Source: Candidatus Woesearchaeota archaeon | Lineage (GTDB): Archaea; Nanobdellota; Nanobdellia; SCGC-AAA011-G17; GW2011-AR20 | Assembly (NCBI GenBank): GCA_018303025.1 | Contig: JAGVYZ010000014.1 | Span: 21,145 to 85,144 of the forward strand | Direction of reading: 5' to 3' | DNA length: 64,000 bases | Shown: positions 1-10,376 of the stretch, piece by piece | Layout of the letters: each line of letters begins with the position of its first letter | Numbering within the stretch: position 1 is the stretch's first letter | Translations under genes and position numbers: made by a program | Notes under the pieces: model-generated | What the model was told of the DNA's origin: nothing | The model's input: the letters and a program-made list of their open reading frames with translations, nothing else | Database searches by the model: none

Positions 1-587
1 AAACCAGAAGTGCTTTCTCCTATTTCGTGATAAGCAGGAGTTACGTTTGTTTTTTGCTCCCCTGTTCTTAATTTTTCACTTCCAATTATTAATGAATGAA
101 ATAATTCATGAATTACTCTTAAATCGCTATTTCTTGGACTTGTTGCTAAAACAACAGGAATATCTCTGGAGCCTGTTGCATATAGTGATTTGTTAGTTTC
201 AACTCTTTCAGCAAACTCTGCTAATTGATTTAATGCATCTTGGGTGTTAATAGCATATTGGTCTAAATCAGCACTTATTACAAGACTAGAGTCTCCTGTA
301 ACTGGAGAAAAAGTTGGATTAAATAAAATCTGCCTATAGCTTGTTCCAGGACCTCTGTTTTTTGGGTCATATAAAAACCAAATATCTGGCAACTCGACTA
401 ATTTTACTTCAGCAATTAAATCCTTATCTAAATTTTCATCAACTGCTAATTTTAAGCCAAATTGAAAACCGAGGTTATGAGTATTAGAAATATCTATAGC
501 GCTGTTAATGTTAACAATGCCTTTTTGATATTCATCAAAAGTTTCTTTTCCATTAATATAATGCTTTAATATTAGGTATCTTACCAT
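1..587 (-). CDS. Partial (runs off the window edge) divergent GT-A fold / GT2-like protein; not in ORF track
   Basis: Manual translation from ATG at 587 is open to the edge: MVRYLILKHYING...PKNRGPG...VISADLDQ...ATGSRD...ESTSG, matching the GT2 motif order NxGxG / DxD / GSR / D-x-x-SG. TTTATAAA box at 609-616. Confidence 0.6.
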   Translation of the reverse strand, partial: MVRYLILKHYINGKETFDEYQKGIVNINSAIDISNTHNLGFQFGLKLAVDENLDKDLIAEVKLVELPDIWFLYDPKNRGPGTSYRQILFNPTFSPVTGDSSLVISADLDQYAINTQDALNQLAEFAERVETNKSLYATGSRDIPVVLATSPRNSDLRVIHELFHSLIIGSEKLRTGEQKTNVTPAYHEIGESTSG

Positions 588-726
588 GTTTTTTAATGGA
601 AATAAAGTTTTATAAACCTTTTCTTTATTACTACTTACTAGTTATGATATTTTAGATATAAGAAAGATATATAAAATTGAGTAATGGATAATTATTAGGG
701 ATTATTGATTCAATAAATGTGGAAAA

Positions 727-2025
727 ATGAAAAAAATTTATGTTGGAATGAGTGCGGATTTGATTCATCCAGGGCATTTGAATATTATTAATGTTGCAAA
801 AAGTCTTGGAGAAGTAACTGTTGGGTTATTGACTGATAGGGCAATAGCAAGCTACAAAAGACTTCCTTTTTTATCTTATGAGCAAAGAAAAATCATTGTT
901 GAAAACCTAAAAGGGGTTGATAATGTTATTGCACAAGAAACATTAGATTATGTTCCTAATTTAAAAAAATTAAAACCAGATTATGTTGTTCATGGAGATG
1001 ATTGGAAAACAGGTGTACAAAAAGAAGTCAGGCAAAGAGTAATTGATGCTTTAAATGAGTGGGGTGGCAAATTAATTGAACCAGAATATACTCCTGGAAT
1101 ATCTTCTACACAATTAAATCAAGGATTAAAAGAAATTGGTACAACTCCTGAAATTAGAATGAAGAGATTAAGGAGATTGCTTGAAGCAAAAGATATTGTG
1201 AGAATAATGGAAGCTCATAGTGGTTTGACAGGATTAATTGTTGAACATACTAAAGTAAAACAAGAAGGCAAAAATAAAGAATTTGATGGAATCTGGATAA
1301 GCAGTTTAACTGATTCAACTGTAAAAGGAAAGCCTGATATTGAATTCGTTGATTTGACTTCAAGATTGAATACAATACACCAAATATTAGAAGTAACAAC
1401 AAAACCATTAATTGTTGATGGAGATACAGGAGGTATTGTAGAACATTTTCCTTATATTGTTAAAACATTAGAAAGATTAGGGGTATCGGCTATAATAATT
1501 GAAGATAAGATTGGATTGAAAAAAAATTCATTATTTGGAACAGATGTAGAGCAAAATCAAGATTCAATTGAAAATTTCTGCAAAAAAATTTCTGCTGGAA
1601 AGAAAAGTCAGGTTACAAATGATTTTATGATTATTGCGAGAATTGAAAGCTTAATTTTAGGAAAAGGCATGGAAGATGCAATTAATAGAGCTAAAGAATA
1701 CATAAAAGCAGGAGCAGATGCTATTATGATTCATAGCAAAGAAAAAGAACCTGATGAAATATTAGAATTCTGCAAGAGATATAAAACATTTGAACAAAAA
1801 GTTCCTTTAGTTGCTGTTCCAACAACTTACCATAAAATTACTGAAAAAGAATTAAGCGATAATGGGGTAAATATTGTTATTTATGCTAATCATTTATTGA
1901 GAAGTGCATATCCTGCAATGGTTAAAACAGCTGAATCTATATTATTAAATGAAAGAGCTACTGAAAGTGAAGAGTATTGCATGCCTATAAAAGATATTTT
2001 AAATTTAATTCCAGGAGGAAACTAA
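727..2025 (+). CDS. pepM: Phosphoenolpyruvate mutase with N-terminal cytidylyltransferase (HIGH) domain
   Basis: PepM signature [10 protein letters not shown] (EDKx5NS); N-terminal [13 protein letters not shown] and GISST motifs of TagD-like cytidylyltransferases. Confidence 0.95.
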   Translation: MKKIYVGMSADLIHPGHLNIINVAKSLGEVTVGLLTDRAIASYKRLPFLSYEQRKIIVENLKGVDNVIAQETLDYVPNLKKLKPDYVVHGDDWKTGVQKEVRQRVIDALNEWGGKLIEPEYTPGISSTQLNQGLKEIGTTPEIRMKRLRRLLEAKDIVRIMEAHSGLTGLIVEHTKVKQEGKNKEFDGIWISSLTDSTVKGKPDIEFVDLTSRLNTIHQILEVTTKPLIVDGDTGGIVEHFPYIVKTLERLGVSAIIIEDKIGLKKNSLFGTDVEQNQDSIENFCKKISAGKKSQVTNDFMIIARIESLILGKGMEDAINRAKEYIKAGADAIMIHSKEKEPDEILEFCKRYKTFEQKVPLVAVPTTYHKITEKELSDNGVNIVIYANHLLRSAYPAMVKTAESILLNERATESEEYCMPIKDILNLIPGGN

Positions 2026-3150
2026 ATGTTAAGTTGCCTGGATTTTTATAATGAACTTACTCATAGGGGGATTAATTTTTTTGCAGGAGTGCCTGATTCA
2101 TTATTAAAAGATTTTTGTGCTTATATTACGGATAATGTTGATTCTAAAAATAACATTATTACTGCTAATGAAGGTGGGGCAATATCTTTATCATCTGGAT
2201 ATCATTTGGCAACTGGAAAAATACCCTTAGTATATATGCAAAATTCAGGACAAGGAAATGCCGTAAATCCTTTAACATCACTAGCAGACCCTGAAGTTTA
2301 TAAAATTCCTATGATTTTGCTTATAGGATGGAGGGGAGAGCCAGGAGTACATGATGAACCTCAACATGTTAAGCAGGGAAAAATAACATTAGATTTACTA
2401 GTTACATTAGGAATTCCTTACAGTATTTTACCACAAAGTTTAGAAGAAGCTAAAGTTTGTCTTAATGAAATGTTTGCTTCTTTAAAAGAAAAAGGTTTAC
2501 CTTATGCTCTAGTTGTAAGAAAGGATACTTTTGAACATTATGAACTAAAAAATAAATTAATAACAAACTATGAACTAGGAAGAGAAGATGCTTTAGATTT
2601 AGTTTTAAGTGAATTAAATGAGAATGATATAATTGTATCAACAACAGGCATGCTTTCAAGAGAACTTTTTGAATATAGAGAAAAAAGAAAAGAAGGACAT
2701 GAACAAGATTTCTTAACAGTTGGTTCAATGGGGCATGCATCACAAATTGCATTAGGAATTGCATTGCAAAAACCTGAAAGACAGGTATATTGTTTTGATG
2801 GTGATGGTGCTTTGATAATGCATATGGGCGCTTTAGCTATAACTGGTTCACAACAGGTTCCTAACTTCAGGCATGTTGTTTTCAATAATGGTAGTCATGA
2901 TTCTGTTGGAGGACAACCCACTGTTGGATTTAATATTGATATTACTTCAATAGCTAAATCATGTGGTTATAAAATTGCAATTAAAGCTGAGAATTCTGAA
3001 GAGTTAGAAAGAGGTTTGAGATTTTTAAGAGAAAATGAAGGACCTTCTTTATTGGAAATAAGAGTAAATAAAGGAGCAAGAAAAGATTTGGGAAGACCGA
3101 GTACAACACCTTTACAAAATAAAGAAGCATTTATGAAACACCTAAGATGA
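2026..3150 (+). CDS. ppd: Phosphonopyruvate decarboxylase (ThDP-dependent, single chain)
   Basis: GVPDSLLK, ANEG, QNSGQGN, DEPQH, GSMGH, DGDGA...NN motifs; directly follows pepM. Confidence 0.93.
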   Translation: MLSCLDFYNELTHRGINFFAGVPDSLLKDFCAYITDNVDSKNNIITANEGGAISLSSGYHLATGKIPLVYMQNSGQGNAVNPLTSLADPEVYKIPMILLIGWRGEPGVHDEPQHVKQGKITLDLLVTLGIPYSILPQSLEEAKVCLNEMFASLKEKGLPYALVVRKDTFEHYELKNKLITNYELGREDALDLVLSELNENDIIVSTTGMLSRELFEYREKRKEGHEQDFLTVGSMGHASQIALGIALQKPERQVYCFDGDGALIMHMGALAITGSQQVPNFRHVVFNNGSHDSVGGQPTVGFNIDITSIAKSCGYKIAIKAENSEELERGLRFLRENEGPSLLEIRVNKGARKDLGRPSTTPLQNKEAFMKHLR

Positions 3151-4271
3151 ACCAGGAAGAACATATTGGCAAAGGAAGTTTAAAAAAATTGCCTGAAATC
3201 ATAAAAAGATTTGGTTCGAAAAAAATATTTCTTGTTACTGGGAAAAAATCTTTTGAATCTTTAAATGGTAAAGAAATTATAGATAGTTTGAAAGAAAATT
3301 ATGAAATTACTCATTTTAATGATTTTTCAGTAAATCCTAATATTTATGATGTAAAGAAAGGTATTGAAGTTTTAAAAGAAAATAAATGTGATTTGGTTGT
3401 TGCAATAGGCGGAGGAAGTGTCATTGATATGGCTAAATCAATAAATATACTTGCTAATCAGGATGATGAAATAGAGAAGTATATAACTGATGAAAAAGAA
3501 ATAACAAAAAAAGGAAACAATTTAATTGCAATACCCACTACTTCTGGTTCTGGAAGTGAAGCAACTCATTTTGCTGTGATTTACATTGATAAAAAAAAGT
3601 TTTCTTTGAGCCATGAATTTATATTACCTATCTGTTCAATTGTAGATTCTGAATTAACAAAAAATCTGCCTAAAGAAATAGCTGCTTCATCTGGAATGGA
3701 TGCACTATGTCAATCTATTGAATCTTATTGGGCTGTTAATTCAAGCGATATTTCAAAAGAATATGCCAGAGATGCAATAAAATTAATTATTGAAAATCTG
3801 GAAAATTATGTTAATGAAAATAATGAAGAAAATCGAGAAATAATGGCAAAAGCTAGTCATCTTGCTGGAAAAGCAATTAATATTTCAAAAACAACTGCTG
3901 CGCATGCAATTTCTTATGGCTTTACTTCTTATTTAGGAATTCAACATGGTCATGCTGTTAGTTTAACATTGCCTTATTTTATAAAATTTAATAATGAAAT
4001 TAGTGAAGAGAGTAATAATGACAAAAGAGGAGTAGAATATGTAAAAAATACAATGAAAGAACTCTTTGATTTATTAAGCGTTAAAACATCAATGGAAGCA
4101 CAAAAGAAGATTATTAATTTAATGCAAAGAATAGGGCTTAAAACTGAATTAAGCGAATCTGCTGATAAAATAAACCTGATTTTAAATTCTGTTAGTTTAG
4201 AAAGACTTGAGAATAATCCCAGAAAAGTGAAAAGGGAAGATTTAATGGAGATATTAAAAAATATTCTCTAA
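3147..4271 (+). CDS. Iron-containing alcohol dehydrogenase, probable phosphonoacetaldehyde reductase
   Basis: GGGSVIDMAK, PTTSGSGSEAT, DALCQ, HAISY, HGHA; ATGA-coupled to ppd. Confidence 0.85.
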   Translation: MNQEEHIGKGSLKKLPEIIKRFGSKKIFLVTGKKSFESLNGKEIIDSLKENYEITHFNDFSVNPNIYDVKKGIEVLKENKCDLVVAIGGGSVIDMAKSINILANQDDEIEKYITDEKEITKKGNNLIAIPTTSGSGSEATHFAVIYIDKKKFSLSHEFILPICSIVDSELTKNLPKEIAASSGMDALCQSIESYWAVNSSDISKEYARDAIKLIIENLENYVNENNEENREIMAKASHLAGKAINISKTTAAHAISYGFTSYLGIQHGHAVSLTLPYFIKFNNEISEESNNDKRGVEYVKNTMKELFDLLSVKTSMEAQKKIINLMQRIGLKTELSESADKINLILNSVSLERLENNPRKVKREDLMEILKNIL

Positions 4272-4308
4272 TAAATAGATTTTTAAGAAGCAATAAATAA
4301 TTTTTAGA

Positions 4309-5814
4309 ATGGAACAGCCAAATGATTCATTGAAGGTTTTAGCCAAGGGTGCAATAATTATTTTAACATTAAGCGTCCTTACTAAAATCCTGAATTATGT
4401 ATACAAAATAATAGTTGCAAGAAGTTTGGGACCTGAAGGTTATGGCGTTATTATCTTAACTTCTGGAATTATAGGCTTTTGCGCTTCATTAGCTGTTTTT
4501 AATTTAAGTAGCGGTGTAGAAAGATATTTAAGTTATTATAGGGAAAAAGAAGGAAGAATAAAGAGTGTTACTATTTTTTCCATAAGATTTGTAATGATAA
4601 CAGGAGTTCTTATGTATATTTTGATTTTACTTTTTTACAAATATGTTAGTTTAGAAATTTTCAAAAATCCATTATTATTGAAAACACTGCCTATATTTGC
4701 CCTAGCTATTCCATTTTATGTTTTACTTGAAATAGTACTAGCTGCTTTCAGGGGTTTTGAAAAACAAGTATTTTATGGAATTTTTGGTGAATTTGGAAAG
4801 AGTTTTATTAAATTAGTAATAACTTCTGTATTTCTTTTATTGGGACTCGGAATTACAGGAATATCATGGGCTTATCCATTGACATTTTTTGTCCTTTTTT
4901 CATTTGGCTTTCTTGTTTTAACCAATAAGGTTTTCAATATTTTCAACAAAAAAATAAAAGAAGAAAATATGACTAAAGAGTTATTGAAATATTCTTACCC
5001 ATTATTTTTTGCAGGCACTCTTTGGATAGTTTCTAGCTGGATAGACAGTTTTATGATTGGCTACTTTAAACCAGAAGCAGACATTGGAATTTATAATGTG
5101 GCATTCTCTACTTCAAGTTTAATGACTATATTTTTCGTTGCATTAGGCAGTTTTTTCATCCCTGTAGTATCAAATCTTTTTTCAAAAGAAAAAATAGACG
5201 AAATTAAAGAGATTTACTCAAGAACTTGCAAATGGAATCTAATAATAGGGAGTATAATAATAGGATTTTTAATTATTTTTTCGCAATATATAATAAATAT
5301 TCTTTTTGGTATAGATTATAGCAATGGAAAAATACCTTTAATTATACTTTGTATTGGATTTTTTGTAATGATTGCTACTGGATATAGCGAGCAGTTGTTG
5401 ATGGCTGTTGGAAAAACAAAGCTTACTTTTTTTGCAAGATTGATTTCATTGATTTCCAATGTAACATTGAACATTATTTTAATACCAAAATATGGAATAA
5501 TAGGAGCTGCAGTTGCAACTTCTGCTTCTTTTATTGTATTACATGCATCTTTGCTGATCATGATAAACAAATTTTTAAGCATTAATCCATTTAATACTGG
5601 CTATTATAAAACACTTGTTTCTTTGGGAACTGCTTCATTAGCATCATTTGGAATATATCACTTCGTTAAACCTGGATTTTATACAATGTTGATATCCTTC
5701 TTTGTTTTTTCTGCTTTAATGATTAGTTTGATAATAATATTAAAAGTGCTTGACAAAGAAGATTTTTACATACTAAAAGCAATCCTAAGAAAAGTTGGAA
5801 TTAAAATTTTGTAA
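4309..5814 (+). CDS. Wzx/MOP-family oligosaccharide flippase
   Basis: Many TM segments; ARSLGPEGYG, IGIYNVA, LIPKYGIIGAAVAT motifs. Confidence 0.9.
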   Translation: MEQPNDSLKVLAKGAIIILTLSVLTKILNYVYKIIVARSLGPEGYGVIILTSGIIGFCASLAVFNLSSGVERYLSYYREKEGRIKSVTIFSIRFVMITGVLMYILILLFYKYVSLEIFKNPLLLKTLPIFALAIPFYVLLEIVLAAFRGFEKQVFYGIFGEFGKSFIKLVITSVFLLLGLGITGISWAYPLTFFVLFSFGFLVLTNKVFNIFNKKIKEENMTKELLKYSYPLFFAGTLWIVSSWIDSFMIGYFKPEADIGIYNVAFSTSSLMTIFFVALGSFFIPVVSNLFSKEKIDEIKEIYSRTCKWNLIIGSIIIGFLIIFSQYIINILFGIDYSNGKIPLIILCIGFFVMIATGYSEQLLMAVGKTKLTFFARLISLISNVTLNIILIPKYGIIGAAVATSASFIVLHASLLIMINKFLSINPFNTGYYKTLVSLGTASLASFGIYHFVKPGFYTMLISFFVFSALMISLIIILKVLDKEDFYILKAILRKVGIKIL

Positions 5815-6780
5815 AGAAAGAGAATCAGCTATAATTAAATTGCCCAATTTGTTTGGATGATATGGGTCATATTCATTTATTCTTAAATCTTGATATTTAT
5901 ATTTAGAGAATTCAGGCAATAAATCCAATGTTTTAAATCCAATTTCAGAAGCAATAAAAGTTACATTTTGATGAATGTAATTCCATTGATAATCATCAAG
6001 ATTGTATAACATAGGAACTATAACTAATAATGGCTTTTTACCTGTAATTTCTAAAGAGTTATTGTAAAAAATTTGCAAAGGCAGACTAACATCTTCACCC
6101 CATCTTTTTTTATCTAAAGAAATAGAATCAACTAAATTGTAGAAATCATCATTTTTTGACTGGATAGTGTAAATAGTATTTCTTAAAAGATAAAGAACTT
6201 TTATTTTATACAAGCTATTTTTTAATTTGCAATTTATTGGCAAATTGATAAGATTTATTTTACAATCTTCTTTTTTAACTATTGGTTCAAAATCATTTAA
6301 TGTGTATTCTAAAATTATAAAATCAGGGTTGTATTTTTTAACTTTATAAGTTAAATATTCAGCTTCCTGAAATGTGTTATATCCACCAAAACCAAAATTA
6401 ACAACTTCATAATTTTCCCCTAATTTTTTTTCTAATACTTTTGCAAAAGTATCTGATAGGTTAACACCTACACCATAAGAAACACTATCCCCTAAAACTG
6501 CTATTCTATAAATTTTGGGGGATTTTGTAATATTAATTTCATAATCTCTAAGACCATCACTATTAAGCTGATAAATCTCTTTTGAAAAACTGGGTGTTGG
6601 TTCAAAGGATAAAATTGAGTTATTTGACTCTTTGCCACCGAGGTCTCTTATATTTAATGCCAGTTGTTCATTTTTATCATAACTAATTAATCTTAAAGAA
6701 ATTTCAAACAAAAAAAGAACAATTAGGCAAAGAATTAAGTTAAATATAACAATTTTTATGGCCTTTTTCACTCTTTTCAT
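5785..6780 (-). CDS. Membrane-anchored SGNH/GDSL hydrolase or acyltransferase-like protein
   Basis: N-terminal TM, LNSDGLRD, LGDSVSYG, NFGFGGY, LND and DPYHPN blocks. Confidence 0.85.
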   Translation of the reverse strand: MKRVKKAIKIVIFNLILCLIVLFLFEISLRLISYDKNEQLALNIRDLGGKESNNSILSFEPTPSFSKEIYQLNSDGLRDYEINITKSPKIYRIAVLGDSVSYGVGVNLSDTFAKVLEKKLGENYEVVNFGFGGYNTFQEAEYLTYKVKKYNPDFIILEYTLNDFEPIVKKEDCKINLINLPINCKLKNSLYKIKVLYLLRNTIYTIQSKNDDFYNLVDSISLDKKRWGEDVSLPLQIFYNNSLEITGKKPLLVIVPMLYNLDDYQWNYIHQNVTFIASEIGFKTLDLLPEFSKYKYQDLRINEYDPYHPNKLGNLIIADSLSLQNFNSNFS

Positions 6781-6831
6781 TTATTACTAAAGGACATAAA
6801 CCTTTAAAAATTTTAGCTATTCCTAATTCTT

Positions 6832-8412
6832 ATGCAAAAAAGAGAAAATAACAATTATGATGGGAAAATTGTACTTGTTTATATTCATGATACTGACTCA
6901 TACAAAGCTTTGCCTGTAGGATTACAATATCTTGGTTCGCATGTAAAAAGAGAAGGTTATGAAGTTAAAATATTAAATCTTTATTTGGACAAAGTTATAG
7001 ATAATTTACCTGAAAATTATAAAGAACTTTTAAAAAAAGAATGTGAGAATTCTATTATCTTAGGAATCTCTGCTATGACTAACCAGGCTTATAGAGGATT
7101 ACAAATTTCAGAATTTGTAAAAAAAATATATCCTAAAATTTGTGTGGTCTGGGGTGGAATTCATGGAACTCTTTTTCCAGAAGATACTTGTGAAAATCCA
7201 AATATTGATTTCATTGTTATGGGAGAAGGAGAAATTACATTTAGCGAGCTTTTGAATAATCTTGGAAAATCAAAAAATTATTCAAAAATTGATGGACTAG
7301 CCTATAAATCTGGAAAAAAAGTATATGTAACTAAGAAAAGAGCATTAATTGATATGTCTAAAATGGCTATTCCTGACTGGGATATTGTTGACGAGTTTGT
7401 AAAAGAAAATATTTATCAATATTTCTGGGGGGACAATTTAAAGTTTACAGAAGTGCATACTGGGAGGGGATGCCCCCACAGATGTAACTTTTGCATTGAT
7501 TCTATTCTTTATGGAAAAACATGGAGACCAAGAAAAGTAGACAGTATTTTAGATGAAATAGAGATGCTGATAAAAAGATATAATATAGACCTGATTGAAT
7601 TAAGAGATGAAAATTTCTTTGTTGATTTAAAAAGAGTAGAAGAGTTTTGCGATAAAAAAATTAAGAGGGGGATAAACATAAAATGGGGAGCTTCAATAAG
7701 GGCTGATTATTTTGAAAGAATAGATGATAATTTTATGAAAAAATTGAAAGACAGTAATTGCTATAGATTTTGGTTTGGGGCTGAATCAGGAAGCCAGAGA
7801 ATTTTAGATTTAATAAAAAAAGATGTTAAACTCTCTAGTTTGTATAAATCAGCACATATGAGCAAAAAATATGGAATAATGCCATTATATTCTTTTATGA
7901 TAGGACAGCCGGGAGAGACAAAAGAAGAGATGAAACAAACAGTTGTTTTAATTAAAAACCTAATAAACATAAACAAAAGAACTGGAATTTTAGGACCTCA
8001 AATATTAAGGCCATATCCTGGATGTGAAATGTTTGATATGTGCGTTAAAGAAGGTTTTGAATCACCTAAGAAGCTTGAAGAGTGGAGAGATTTGGATAGA
8101 ATTTCATTATATTATTTAAGCACTGATTCTTTACCTTGGATAAAAGACAAAGAATTTGTAGAAGTTGTTGCTTATTATACCCCAAAAGCATTTAACATGA
8201 GCTATTTAGTGGGAATAAACTTTTTTTGGAAATTGCTTTTTGGATTAAGGTCTAAATTGTTTCAATTTGGATTATTTGCTTTTATGGGAACTAGTGAAAA
8301 AAGCTTAATGAGAATATTATTAAAGGAATATTTGAAGATAATAGACCAATCAAGTGATATTGGAAAAGGCTTTGTAAAAAGATTTACAAAGATTTTGAAA
8401 TATAGTGCTTAA
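6832..8412 (+). CDS. B12-binding domain radical SAM protein (class B-like)
   Basis: WGGIHGT, GEGE, GRGCPHRCNFC, GAESGS, PYPG. Confidence 0.9.
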   Translation: MQKRENNNYDGKIVLVYIHDTDSYKALPVGLQYLGSHVKREGYEVKILNLYLDKVIDNLPENYKELLKKECENSIILGISAMTNQAYRGLQISEFVKKIYPKICVVWGGIHGTLFPEDTCENPNIDFIVMGEGEITFSELLNNLGKSKNYSKIDGLAYKSGKKVYVTKKRALIDMSKMAIPDWDIVDEFVKENIYQYFWGDNLKFTEVHTGRGCPHRCNFCIDSILYGKTWRPRKVDSILDEIEMLIKRYNIDLIELRDENFFVDLKRVEEFCDKKIKRGINIKWGASIRADYFERIDDNFMKKLKDSNCYRFWFGAESGSQRILDLIKKDVKLSSLYKSAHMSKKYGIMPLYSFMIGQPGETKEEMKQTVVLIKNLININKRTGILGPQILRPYPGCEMFDMCVKEGFESPKKLEEWRDLDRISLYYLSTDSLPWIKDKEFVEVVAYYTPKAFNMSYLVGINFFWKLLFGLRSKLFQFGLFAFMGTSEKSLMRILLKEYLKIIDQSSDIGKGFVKRFTKILKYSA

Positions 8413-8449
8413 TCATTAAGATTATAAACTTAATTTTTTTTGTCTTTTT

Positions 8450-9634
8450 ATGAGAATTTTAATAATGGCTGCTGCAGCTGCAACTTATGATCATCAAGGA
8501 TATTTTACTGAACTTGCTAAACACAAAGATGTTGAACTAAAAGTATTAATTTCACCTTATTGGTCTAGTTTTGCTGCTGGCGGAATTTCATTAAAAAAAG
8601 AAAATAGGGTTTATGCCAATAGATTTGGATATAATAATGAATCAGGATATAACCTAATTGAAAAAGTACCATTATTTTGTGGAAAGTCATATCATATTTT
8701 TACAGGGCTTTGGAAATTATTAAATGAAATAAATCCGGATGTGATAGAGTATATATTTGAACCATGGAACATATCACTAACCCAGATAATACTTTGGAAA
8801 AAATTATTTAGGAAAAAAACAAAAATAGTATTTTTTTCTCATGAAAATATTTATCAGACATATCAAAATAGATTTTTTTATAATTTAATACAGTATAAGA
8901 TTATAGAAAAATATAATCTTAAAAGAGTTGATGGCTGTAATGGAGCGACTAATGAGATATTAGAAGTTATGAAGAAAAAAGGATTTAGTGGAAAGACTAT
9001 TGTTACAGGAGATGAATTAGATTCTAAAATATTTCATGAAAAAGATGCTTCAGTTTTAAAGAAAAAACTCAAAATAAAAAATTTTGTTATTGGCTATGCT
9101 GGAAGGTTAGAAGAAGCTAAAGGAGTAATGACTTTAATTGATGCTATTGGACAGATAAAAAATGAAAATTTTACATTATTGATTTGTGGCTGGAGTGATA
9201 GCGATTTTACAAAAAAAATACTTGAAAAAATAAAAATATTTGGCATTGAAAACAAAGTTATAATAATAAATGAAAGACTGGGAAGAAAGATTGTTGATTA
9301 TTACAATATCATGGATGTTATTGTTGTTCCATCTTTAACTACAAAATACTGGAAAGAACAGTTTGGAAGAGTTAATATTGAGGCAATGGCTTGTGGTACT
9401 CCTGTAATTGGAAGCAGTTCAGGAGGAATACCTGAAGTAATAGGTAATGCTGGATTAATTTTCAAAGAAGGAGAGGCTAATAGCCTAAAAGACAAAATTT
9501 TAACTATAATGAAAGATAAAAAATTATTAAAAGAATTGTCTATAAAAAGCATAGAGAGAGTAAAAGATAATTTTACAGGCAAAAAGAAAGCTGAAAAAAG
9601 CTACAAATTTTATAAAAAACTGCTAAATCAATAG
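8450..9634 (+). CDS. Glycosyltransferase family 4
   Basis: YAGRLEEAKG; EQFGRVNIEAMACGTPVIGS (Ex7E). Confidence 0.9.
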   Translation: MRILIMAAAAATYDHQGYFTELAKHKDVELKVLISPYWSSFAAGGISLKKENRVYANRFGYNNESGYNLIEKVPLFCGKSYHIFTGLWKLLNEINPDVIEYIFEPWNISLTQIILWKKLFRKKTKIVFFSHENIYQTYQNRFFYNLIQYKIIEKYNLKRVDGCNGATNEILEVMKKKGFSGKTIVTGDELDSKIFHEKDASVLKKKLKIKNFVIGYAGRLEEAKGVMTLIDAIGQIKNENFTLLICGWSDSDFTKKILEKIKIFGIENKVIIINERLGRKIVDYYNIMDVIVVPSLTTKYWKEQFGRVNIEAMACGTPVIGSSSGGIPEVIGNAGLIFKEGEANSLKDKILTIMKDKKLLKELSIKSIERVKDNFTGKKKAEKSYKFYKKLLNQ

Positions 9635-9674
9635 GCATCAATAATGTTATAAATTTAACCTGCTGATGAATTTC

Positions 9675-10376
9675 ATGAAAGTTGTAATATTGTGCGGTGG
9701 AAAAGGAACAAGAATGGGTGAATCCAGCCAGGAGACTCCAAAACCTCTTGTAAATATAGGAGATAAGCCAGTATTATGGCATATAATGAAATATTTTTCA
9801 ACTTTTGGTTTTAATGACTTTATTTTATGCTTGGGATACAAGGGGGAGAAAATAGAGGAATATTTTAAGGATAATAAGGAATTTAATATTCAATTTTTTT
9901 ATACTGGGGAAGATTCTACAAAAGCGCAAAGACTTAATCTTGTTAAGAATGCTATAGATAGTGAAAATTTCTTTGTAGCTTATGGTGATGATCTGTCAAA
10001 CGTAGATATAATTAAAATTTTAAAATTACATGAAGAATCAGGTGATGTTGTGACATTGACTGCTGTTCAGTTAGTTTCCCAGTTCGGCATACTTTCTTTG
10101 AATGAAAAAGACAAAGTAATAGAATTTAAGGAAAAGCCAAAGCTTGACCACTGGATTAATGGTGGTTTTTTTGTTTTCAATAAAAAAATATTTGATTATT
10201 TCAAAGATGACAAATGGGAGTTAGAAAATGAAATCTTTGAAAACATAGCAAAGGAAAAAAAGATTAAAGCTTACAAACATTATGGATTTTGGCAGGGAAT
10301 GAATACTTTAAAAGACTGCATAGAGCTTAATAAAAGATGGGAAGAAAATAAAGCTGACTGGAGGATATGGGAATGA
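9675..10376 (+). CDS. rfbF: Glucose-1-phosphate cytidylyltransferase-like sugar nucleotidyltransferase
   Basis: LCGGKGTR, PKPLV, YGDD, WINGGFF, GFWQGM. Start placed at second ATG (9675) by spacing from a TATA-like box; 9666 is possible. Confidence 0.75.
   Translation: MKVVILCGGKGTRMGESSQETPKPLVNIGDKPVLWHIMKYFSTFGFNDFILCLGYKGEKIEEYFKDNKEFNIQFFYTGEDSTKAQRLNLVKNAIDSENFFVAYGDDLSNVDIIKILKLHEESGDVVTLTAVQLVSQFGILSLNEKDKVIEFKEKPKLDHWINGGFFVFNKKIFDYFKDDKWELENEIFENIAKEKKIKAYKHYGFWQGMNTLKDCIELNKRWEENKADWRIWE

Noticed and set aside
727-8412. Fosfomycin or other phosphonate antibiotic cluster
   Set aside because: No epoxidase, resistance kinases or peptide ligases nearby; neighbours are a flippase and glycosyltransferases.
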